In this document: positions 44,375 through 51,934 of the stretch, piece after piece
How positions within the stretch are numbered: the first letter of the stretch is position 1
How the letters are laid out: every line of letters begins with the position of its first letter
From: Acidobacteriota bacterium
Lineage (GTDB): Bacteria; Acidobacteriota; Vicinamibacteria; Vicinamibacterales; UBA2999
Assembly (NCBI GenBank): GCA_009694735.1
Contig: SHUG01000005.1
Span: 1,390-65,389, forward strand
Reading direction: 5' to 3'
Length of the DNA: 64,000 nucleotides
Notes under the pieces: generated by a model
Database searches by the model: none
Told to the model about the DNA's origin: nothing
Seen by the model: only the letters and a program-made list of their open reading frames with translations
Made by a program: the position numbers and the translations under genes

Positions 44375-47300
44375 GCTCTTTGCCGCCAACTGCTTTGCCA
44401 TCGTCTGGTAGTAGGCCAGCCGCGTCATCTGGTCTTTGGTCGGCGCGCCGGTCCAGCGGCTGATCGAGCCGTAGAGTCCAGAGATGCGCGACACCAGCTC
44501 GCGCGACTGGCGCTTCAGCTCCGCGGCATCGGCCGCCGTGTTCGGCAGCTTCTGGATGCGATCGTTGACCGCCGCAAACATCCGCGCCAGCGCTGCCGAC
44601 TGCGCCTGCGCGTCGGTCCACAGCTTGCGCTCTGCCGGCGTCACGTCAATGCGCGGGTCCTCGCGCACGTCCACCTTTTGCTCCAGGGTGCGCCCGCCAG
44701 CCACCATGCGAATCACATACACACCAGGCGCCACCAACGGGCCGGGCATGCCCCCACCCGTCCGCGGCCCATCGTCTTCACCGAACGCGCCGCGAAGCGG
44801 CAGGTCGCTCTCGCGCAGGTTCCACGCCACGCGGTTGACGCCCTTCGTCGAAGTGGCGCGTAAGGTGTTGATCAACTGCCCGGTCGACGAATGCACCGTG
44901 ATCACGGGCGCCGCACCGGCCGCGCTCAGCCAATAGTCAACCAGTGCACCATTCACGGGATTCTCGCCGCGGAACCACATGTCGCCGGTGTGCGCCTTCA
45001 GGTTGGTCTGTCGGATCTGATACGCAGGAGCCACGGTGAACAGGTGCGCCGGCGATGCGATCACCTGCGGCGTCAGCTCCTGCAGCGCGTTGATTTTGTC
45101 GAGGATCCACACGCCGCGCCCATGGGTGGCCAGCACCAGGTCGTTGTCGCGTGGATGGATGACCAGGTCGTTGTGCGGCAGGGTCGGCAGGTTGTTCTTC
45201 AGCTCGATCCAGTTAGTGCCACCGTTGAGCGAAAAGAACAAGCCGATCTCAGTGCCCGCGAACAGCAGGTTCGGGTTCTTCACGTCTTCGCGGATGGTGC
45301 GGACGACGCGACCCGCGGGCATGTCGCCGGCCATGGCGGTAAACGTCTTGCCGCCATCGGCTGACTTGTAGATGTAGTTGTTGAGGTCGTTGCTACGGTG
45401 GTTGTCGATCGCGATATAAACGGTGCCGGCGTTATGACGCGAGGCCTCGATGCCGCCAAACCACGACGACTTCGGCAGTCCCGGCAAACGATCCTGTAAA
45501 TCCGTCCAGGTCTTGCCGTCATCGTGCGACATGCGCAGGCGGCCGTCATCCGAGCCGACATAGAGCAGGCCCTTCGCCAGCGGCGACGGCGCGATCGACA
45601 CCAGTCCCGGGTAGAACGGCACGCCATCATCAACCGAGAGCACGTTCTCATCAGGCAGGCGGCCCATCAGCGGCAGCTTGCTGCGATCGACGCCGGTGGT
45701 CATATCTCCCAGATCTTCCCAGGTGGTGCCGCGGTCGCGCGAGCGGAACAGGTGCTTGCCGCCCGCGTACACGGTGGCAGCGTCGAACGGCGACAGCACG
45801 ACGGGCGCGTCCCAGTTGGCGTAATGCCACTCGTTGCCGAGCACCTGCGGTGGCACATCCTTGCCCCAGGTGTTCCAGTTGCGCCGGTCGCCAATCGCAC
45901 CCTGCGGATCACCGGGACGGATGTCCTGGTTCTGCCACGTGCGGGTATCGTTGCGGCCCAGTCCGAGGAACTGGCTCGACGAAAACACGACGCGCGCGTT
46001 CGCGGGATCCGGCACGGCAAAGAACCCGTCGCCGCCGCACAGCCGCGACCAGTGCTCGTTGAGAATGCCGCTGGTCGTCCAGCTGGCGCTCGGCCCCTTC
46101 CAGCAACCGTTGTCCTGCAGGCCGCCATAGATGTTGTAGGGCCGCTCGTTGTCCACCGCCACGCGGTAGTACTGCGACACCGGCAGGTTCTGCACGTAAA
46201 GGAACTTCACGCCCCGATCGAACGAGATGCCGATGCCGCCGTCGTCGAGCTTGATCACATGTCGCGAGTCTTTCGGATTGATCCAGACAAAGCGATCGTC
46301 GCCGTGGGTAGTGGTGTTCGGCGCGGTGAACGACTCGCCGCCGTTGTCCGAGAACGAGTAGGCGTTCAGCATGTAGACGCGGCGATCGTCTTGCGGATCG
46401 ATGGTTGGCTGGCTGGCGTACATCGGCCGCGGATTCCAGTTCGACATGAACCGCCACGTCTTGCCGGCATCGCCGCTGCGATAGAGGCCCGCCTTGCGCT
46501 CGAGGTAGGCCGTCGACGCGTTATAGCGCGAGCCCTGCTCGATGCTCACCATGACGACCCGCGGATCCTTGCGATACACCGAGATGCCAATGCGGCCGTA
46601 CTCGCCCTCGGGCAAGCCGGTGCCCGTCAGTTTCGTCCACGTCGCGCCCGCATCCGTGCTCTTCCAGAGCGCGCTGCCGGGGCCGCCGCCGTTAAAGCCA
46701 AACGCGCTGCGACGGCGCTGATACGACGCGGCATAGAGCACCGTCGGATCGAGCGAGTCCATCACGACATCGGTCACGCCGGTGTCGTCGTCCACGTGCA
46801 GCGTGCGCTGCCAGGTCTTGCCGCCATCGATCGTGCGATACAGTCCGCGGTCGCCGCCCGCGCCCCACACCGATCCCTGCGCCGCCACGTAGACGATCGC
46901 CGGATTGGACGGGTGAGTGACGATCCGGCCGATGTGCATGGAGGTCTTGAGGCCGACATTGGTCCAGGTCTTCGCGCCATCGATCGACTTGTAGATGCCG
47001 TCGCCCCAGCTTACGCTCTGGCGATTGGCGCGCTCGCCGGTGCCGACCCAGATGATGTTCGGGTCGGGCTGATAGATCGCCACGTCGCCGATCGAGTGCA
47101 CTGCTTCGCGCTCGAATACCGCCGCCCAGGTGATGCCGTTGTCGGTGGTGCGGTACATGCCACCGGTGGCCGACGCGACATACATGATGAAGGGATTGGA
47201 CTCGACGACGTCCATGTCGACGAAGCGTCCCGACATGGTGGCGGGGCCGATGTTGCGAAGGTGCAGGCCCGCGAGGTCGCTGCTCTGCAGCGCCGGCGCG

Positions 47301-47416
47301 GTCTGTGCCTGCAGCGCGAATGTCTGGTGGGGGCTACCCGTCAGGGTGGCCAAATCAGGCGCGGCGATCCCGACGAAGGCGATGACAACCAGAGACAGAA
47401 ATCGGCGTCGAATCAT
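44363..47416 (-). CDS. sortilin/VPS10-type BNR-repeat beta-propeller glycoside-hydrolase-like protein, secreted
   Basis: 1017 aa. Many S-x-D-x-G-x-T-W (BNR/Asp-box) repeats: TTDNGITW, SIDGAKTW, TIDGGKTW, STDAGATW, SGDAGKTW, SHDDGKTW. Confidence 0.85.
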   Translation of the reverse strand: MIRRRFLSLVVIAFVGIAAPDLATLTGSPHQTFALQAQTAPALQSSDLAGLHLRNIGPATMSGRFVDMDVVESNPFIMYVASATGGMYRTTDNGITWAAVFEREAVHSIGDVAIYQPDPNIIWVGTGERANRQSVSWGDGIYKSIDGAKTWTNVGLKTSMHIGRIVTHPSNPAIVYVAAQGSVWGAGGDRGLYRTIDGGKTWQRTLHVDDDTGVTDVVMDSLDPTVLYAASYQRRRSAFGFNGGGPGSALWKSTDAGATWTKLTGTGLPEGEYGRIGISVYRKDPRVVMVSIEQGSRYNASTAYLERKAGLYRSGDAGKTWRFMSNWNPRPMYASQPTIDPQDDRRVYMLNAYSFSDNGGESFTAPNTTTHGDDRFVWINPKDSRHVIKLDDGGIGISFDRGVKFLYVQNLPVSQYYRVAVDNERPYNIYGGLQDNGCWKGPSASWTTSGILNEHWSRLCGGDGFFAVPDPANARVVFSSSQFLGLGRNDTRTWQNQDIRPGDPQGAIGDRRNWNTWGKDVPPQVLGNEWHYANWDAPVVLSPFDAATVYAGGKHLFRSRDRGTTWEDLGDMTTGVDRSKLPLMGRLPDENVLSVDDGVPFYPGLVSIAPSPLAKGLLYVGSDDGRLRMSHDDGKTWTDLQDRLPGLPKSSWFGGIEASRHNAGTVYIAIDNHRSNDLNNYIYKSADGGKTFTAMAGDMPAGRVVRTIREDVKNPNLLFAGTEIGLFFSLNGGTNWIELKNNLPTLPHNDLVIHPRDNDLVLATHGRGVWILDKINALQELTPQVIASPAHLFTVAPAYQIRQTNLKAHTGDMWFRGENPVNGALVDYWLSAAGAAPVITVHSSTGQLINTLRATSTKGVNRVAWNLRESDLPLRGAFGEDDGPRTGGGMPGPLVAPGVYVIRMVAGGRTLEQKVDVREDPRIDVTPAERKLWTDAQAQSAALARMFAAVNDRIQKLPNTAADAAELKRQSRELVSRISGLYGSISRWTGAPTKDQMTRLAYYQTMAKQLAAKSGGD

Positions 47417-47430
47417 GCCGCCAATGCTAC

Positions 47431-47465
47431 TCCCGGATCCCGGATCCCTATTTCCCGATCTTCGA
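47431..47465. repeat. degenerate heptamer array TCCCGGA TCCCGGA TCCCTAT TTCCCGA TCTTCGA
   Basis: Read directly, just upstream (minus strand) of the BNR gene start. Confidence 0.65.
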
Positions 47466-47555
47466 CCGCACCTCTGGGCCTATGCGGAGCGGTTGTGGAA
47501 CGGACGCCATCTTCAGTGAGGACTTCGCGCACGATCAGCGAGCCGAGGACTTGAA

Positions 47556-47939
47556 CTAATACGGCGCCTTTAGTCCGGTGAACATCGGGAAGTGTTTTAG
47601 GTTCGTCGTCTTCAGCGTTGCCCCAAGGTGCTGGGTGAGGGCGGCGACAATCAGGTCGGTCACTTCGATGCCTTGATGCGCGGGCAGAAACCGCCGCCCC
47701 AGTGCACCCGCTGCTTCGGCCAGCGGTTCGTCGACGTCGACCCAGGTGATCACGCTCAGCAGGTCGCGCGTGGCGGCCTCCTCACTCGTCCGCATGCCGG
47801 CCAGGACTTCGGCGCGCACCGCCTCGGCGCTCCACAATTCATCACCACGGGCGATGGCACGGGGGATTAGCTCGGTCGCCGCCTTCGGCCGGCCACGGAG
47901 ATGGTCGATCAGGATCGAAGTATCGAGGACCAGTCGCAT
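47556..47939 (-). CDS. vapC: PIN-domain toxin VapC
   Basis: Start ATG 47939 (MRLVLDTSILIDHLRG). 1-nt TGATG overlap with the antitoxin stop. Confidence 0.85.
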   Translation of the reverse strand: MRLVLDTSILIDHLRGRPKAATELIPRAIARGDELWSAEAVRAEVLAGMRTSEEAATRDLLSVITWVDVDEPLAEAAGALGRRFLPAHQGIEVTDLIVAALTQHLGATLKTTNLKHFPMFTGLKAPY

Positions 47940-48205
47940 CAGCGCTCGCCGTGGAGTCGCGCCAGGCGACCCGTCGCGCGGATCCGTTCGACGTACGCCT
48001 CGCCGGATTCTGCGCACGTCGTCCAGGCCCCCGCCGCCTTGCGCGCGAGGCGCACGCGGTCGGCCCGGCTCGTCGTCCGCCCTCGCAGGTACGCGCCCTC
48101 GATGGCCTCCCGGATAAGCTGGGATATCGACCGCCCGGTTGCCCGGCTCCGCCCCTCCAGCAACAGTCCCTGCTCGTCGGTGAGGTAAATCTGTGTTCGT
48201 CGCAT
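47939..48205 (-). CDS. ribbon-helix-helix (CopG-type) antitoxin
   Basis: MRRTQIYLTDEQGLLLEGRSRATGRSISQLIREAIE. Alternative ATGs up to 48229 lie in an AT-rich palindrome. Confidence 0.75.
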   Translation of the reverse strand: MRRTQIYLTDEQGLLLEGRSRATGRSISQLIREAIEGAYLRGRTTSRADRVRLARKAAGAWTTCAESGEAYVERIRATGRLARLHGER

Positions 48206-48224
48206 GATGTATAAATCATACATC
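48206..48224 (-). promoter_or_regulatory. perfect palindrome GATGTAT-N5-ATACATC abutting the antitoxin start; putative operator
   Basis: 7-bp arms, AT-rich, immediately 5' of ATG 48205. Confidence 0.5.
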
Positions 48225-48346
48225 ATCATTGGCGCCGATGCGGGTGCCGGGGGCTAACGACATGGGAGCCGGCTGATCGTAGCCTGGCTGCCACCGCGCG
48301 TCAGCCGCGTCACGACATCCTCGACCGCCTTCGTTATACTGCGGCC

Positions 48347-48646
48347 GTGGATACTACCGGGCTGCCCGGCGCCGATTTGATCGAGCAGGGACTGCGCGAC
48401 CTCGCCGGAAGCCACGAGACCGAGGCTGCGCTCCTGGTCCTGATCGGCGCGCCGCGCCTCCAACGGCTGGGCGTGGATATCCCCGCTGCGCCCTCCGCCT
48501 GGTCAGCGCCACCCCGCGATCCGTCTCCGGAACACCGGCTCTACGCGCGGCTGGCGGCCGCCCACGCGGATTCCGCTCATTCGCGCTACAACGCGCTCAT
48601 CCGCACGCTGGTCAGTTTCGAACGAGCTGGCGCATGCGCCAGCTGA
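48347..48646 (+). CDS. hypothetical small protein, putative partner of the downstream nucleotidyltransferase
   Basis: 99 aa. GTG start 6 nt after TATACT. 13-nt overlap with the next ORF. No family recognised. Confidence 0.45.
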   Translation: MDTTGLPGADLIEQGLRDLAGSHETEAALLVLIGAPRLQRLGVDIPAAPSAWSAPPRDPSPEHRLYARLAAAHADSAHSRYNALIRTLVSFERAGACAS

Positions 48647-49164
48647 CCGACGCCGCGCGACTGAGGGAGTTTATGCGGTTAGTCGGCCGAAGGACTCGCG
48701 CCGCGGGGCGCGTCCATCTCGTCGGCGGCGCCTGCGCGGTGTTGCTCGACTGGCGGTCCACCACCATCGATATCGATATCGACCTCGATCCCGGCCTTGA
48801 CGCGCTGCTTCGCGAGATACCGGCGATCAAGGAAGATCTCCAGGTCAACGTCGAACTCGCTTCGCCTGCGCATTTCATTCCGGAGTTGCCAGGCTGGCGC
48901 GATCGCAGCCCCTTTGTGATCCGGGAGGGAACGATTGACTTTCACCACTACGACTTCTATTCGCAAGCCCTTTCGAAGATCGAGCGGGCCCATGCGCGGG
49001 ATGTTGCCGACGTGCGCGAGATGGCGGCGCGAGGTCTGATCGATCCGGCTCGGCTCTCGGGCTTCTTCGATCTCATCGAGGCGGATCTGTATCGCTACCC
49101 CGCACTCGACGCCGCGTCGTTTCGAAGCGCCGTTGAGCGCACCGTGCAGGAGATGACTCGTTGA
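48634..49164 (+). CDS. minimal nucleotidyltransferase-fold protein (DUF6036/AbiEii-like)
   Basis: 176 aa. HLVGGACAVLLDWRSTTIDIDIDL matches the G-G/S...D-x-D Pol-beta-type NTase signature. Confidence 0.6.
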   Translation: MRQLTDAARLREFMRLVGRRTRAAGRVHLVGGACAVLLDWRSTTIDIDIDLDPGLDALLREIPAIKEDLQVNVELASPAHFIPELPGWRDRSPFVIREGTIDFHHYDFYSQALSKIERAHARDVADVREMAARGLIDPARLSGFFDLIEADLYRYPALDAASFRSAVERTVQEMTR

Positions 49165-49175
49165 TAGGAGACCCG

Positions 49176-50474
49176 ATGACCGTATTCCGCTCGACGTTCC
49201 GCATTCTGGTTCTCTCGCTGGTCCTGGCCGGGTTCGTCGTCTCGGCGCAGCAGCCGGCCGCCGCGCCCGCGGCCACACCGGCCTCCGTCGGCCTCTCCGC
49301 TGAGCGGCTCGACCGCCTGCATCGCGGCATGCAGGGCTTCATCGACCGCAAAGAAGCCGGTGGCATCGTCACCCTGATTGCCCGCGACGGCAAGACGGTG
49401 GACGTCCATGCCTCGGGCTTCCAGGACGTGGCGGCGAAGACGCCGATGCGGACCGACACCCTGTTCCGCATCGCCTCCATGACCAAGCCGATCACCAGCG
49501 TCGCGTTGATGATGCTGTACGAAGAAGGGAAACTCCTGCTTACCGATCCGGTGTCGAAGTTCATCCCGTCTTTCAAGAGCTCGCGCGTGCTCGAAGGGGC
49601 TGCTGAGGCGCCGGTGGCCGCGCGTCGCGCCATCAACGTGCGCGATCTGTTGTCGCATCGATCGGGCCTCACCTACGGATTTCTCAACGGCGGTCCAGTG
49701 GGTGGCAGCTATCGCAAGAACGGCGTGATCGACGGATTGACCGCGACGACCATGACGCTGGCTGAGGCCATCGACAAGCTGGCCGCCGAGCCGCTGATCG
49801 CTCATCCAGGCGCGGCCTGGAACTACAGCCTCTCCACCGACGTCCTGGGGCGCGTCGTCGAAGTGGCGTCTGGACAGCCCTTCCAGGTATTCCTGCGCGA
49901 GCGCATCTTCAAGCCGCTGCGCATGACCGACACCGATTTCGTCGTGGCCGAGGCCAAGTGGTCCCGACTGGCCACGGTGTATTCACCTGACACTGCTGGC
50001 GGCATCAGGCCGATGACCGATCCCGAATCGTTCGGCAACACCGTGATGTCGCCGATCGCGTCGTACCGAGATGGCAAGACCTACTTCTCGGGCGGCGCCG
50101 GCCTGGTCTCGACCGCGCGGGACTACGCGCGCTTCGCGAACATGCTGTTGAACGGCGGTACGCTCGACGGGGCACGCCTGCTCAGTCCGAAGACAGTGGA
50201 GTTGATGACGGCGAGCCACACGGCGGACCTCCCGCCCTCCGGCTTAATCGGCAACGGTGCGCAGTTCGGCCTGGGCTTCCGAGTGGTCACCGACGTGGCG
50301 ACGACGCAGACGCTCGGCTCGAACGGCAGCTTCGGGTGGAGCGGCATTTACGGCACCAACTTCTGGGTCGATCCCAAGGAGCGGATGGTCGCGATCGTGA
50401 TGGTGCAGCGCTATCCCGGGTCGCCGGTGGCCGGCGCGTTTCAGCCGCTGGTCTACCAGGCGTTGGTGAGATAA
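49176..50474 (+). CDS. class C-type beta-lactamase-fold serine hydrolase, secreted
   Basis: AGGAG Shine-Dalgarno sequence before ATG 49176. SMTKPITS (SxxK) motif. Signal peptide present. Confidence 0.85.
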   Translation: MTVFRSTFRILVLSLVLAGFVVSAQQPAAAPAATPASVGLSAERLDRLHRGMQGFIDRKEAGGIVTLIARDGKTVDVHASGFQDVAAKTPMRTDTLFRIASMTKPITSVALMMLYEEGKLLLTDPVSKFIPSFKSSRVLEGAAEAPVAARRAINVRDLLSHRSGLTYGFLNGGPVGGSYRKNGVIDGLTATTMTLAEAIDKLAAEPLIAHPGAAWNYSLSTDVLGRVVEVASGQPFQVFLRERIFKPLRMTDTDFVVAEAKWSRLATVYSPDTAGGIRPMTDPESFGNTVMSPIASYRDGKTYFSGGAGLVSTARDYARFANMLLNGGTLDGARLLSPKTVELMTASHTADLPPSGLIGNGAQFGLGFRVVTDVATTQTLGSNGSFGWSGIYGTNFWVDPKERMVAIVMVQRYPGSPVAGAFQPLVYQALVR

Positions 50475-50494
50475 CACTTCGGATAGGAGTGGCC

Positions 50495-50926
50495 ATGACG
50501 AACGACGAGATTCATGCCTGCCTCGACGTATTCGGGAAGGCCTGGGAGAGCCAGGACGCCAAGGCGCTGGGAGCCTGCTACGCCCTCGACTGCACCGTGG
50601 TCAGCCCGATCTTCAACACGCTCCACGGCCGCGTGGCGGTTGAGCAGTCGTACGGCGACCTCGCGAAGGCGTTCGCGCTCCAGAAAGTGCGGGTGGACGA
50701 TGTCGTGATCGGCAACGAGGACCCGCCGCGCGCCGTCGTCGTCTGGAACGTGCAGTCGACGCACATCGGCGAGGTGTTTGGCATGCCACCGTCCGGCAAG
50801 CAGATCGAACGGACCATCGCCTACTTCCTGACCTTCAAGGACGGGCTGATCACACGAGAGGTTCGCCTCTACGACTTCACGAGCATGCTGATGCAGCTCG
50901 GCGTGCTGCGGGCCAAGCCGCGCTGA
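50495..50926 (+). CDS. SnoaL-like/ester-cyclase (NTF2 superfamily) protein
   Basis: 143 aa from ATG 50495 (Shine-Dalgarno GGAG). ...GEVFGMPPSGKQIERTIAYFLTFKDGLITREVRLYD is a typical ester-cyclase C-terminus. Confidence 0.8.
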   Translation: MTNDEIHACLDVFGKAWESQDAKALGACYALDCTVVSPIFNTLHGRVAVEQSYGDLAKAFALQKVRVDDVVIGNEDPPRAVVVWNVQSTHIGEVFGMPPSGKQIERTIAYFLTFKDGLITREVRLYDFTSMLMQLGVLRAKPR

Positions 50927-50944
50927 CGCGCCGTGAGCACTCTC

Positions 50945-51882
50945 TTACTTGTAGAGATCGCCGGCTAGATACTTGAGTCCGGTGTCGCACGCCACGGTCG
51001 CGACCACCTGGCCCGGCCCCAGCTCGCGCGCCAGTGCAAGCGCGGCCACCAGGTTCATGCCGGTCGACGTCCCAGCAAAGATGCCGGCTTCCCTGGCGGC
51101 CCGCCGCGCCATCGCGCGGCCTTCGCCCTCATCGATCGCGCGCGCCTCGTCGTAGGATCCCGCCACCAGGTGCGGCGGCCAAACACCCACGGCGGTGCCC
51201 TCCACGCGATGCGCACCGCTCTTGCCGGTGGTCAGGAATGGCGACGTCGAGGGCTCGAGCGCGACGATGCGCGTGGCCTGACCGGCGTGCTTGAGCGCCT
51301 GCGACACGCCGACCAGCATGCCGGCGGTTCCCACCATGCCGACGAAGGCGTCAACCGTGCCAACCTGCTCGACCAGCTCGCGCCCGATGTTAGCGTAGCC
51401 ATCGATGGCATCGGCGTTGTTGAACTGGTCGGTCCAGAAGGTGTTCGGGTCTTGCGTCAGCTCTTTAATGCGGGCCTTGAAGCGATCGAACAACGCCGGC
51501 GTCACCTGGCCGTCGTCACTTGGGATCAACTCGAGGTCGGCGCCAAACGCCCGCATGGTGTCGAGCTTCTCGGCGGCGAACGCGTCGGACGAGAGCGGAT
51601 GAAACTCGTAACCCCTCATGGCGCACACCATCGCCAGCGACGATCCGGTGCTGCCGCCGGTGTACTCAACCACGCGCATGCCCGGCTTGAGCACGCCTCG
51701 GGCCTCGGCGCCTTCGATCATCGCCAACGCCACATGCGGTCTTTATACGATCCGGTCGGATTGAAGTATTCCAGTTTGACCACGACCGCGGCGGAGTTGG
51801 GCGAGACCAGCCGCTGAAGGCGAACGAGCGGCGTGCGCCCGATCGCCTGGAGAACGGAATCAACCGGCGCGGGTGAAGACAT
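50945..51882 (-). pseudogene. cysteine synthase/PLP-dependent (CysK/CysM-family) gene with a 2-bp frameshift
   Basis: The N-terminal 50 codons (IGRTPLVRL...KLEYFNPTGSYKDRM, with the PLP lysine) start at ATG 51882. They are out of frame with the remainder (ALAMIEGAE... ORF 50945-51733). The junction reads ATGTGGCG where ATGGCG is expected. Confidence 0.75.
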
Positions 51883-51934
51883 GCCGGATTATAACCGGGC
51901 TCGAACTCGCCGCGCCGCCGACTATAGTAGGCGC

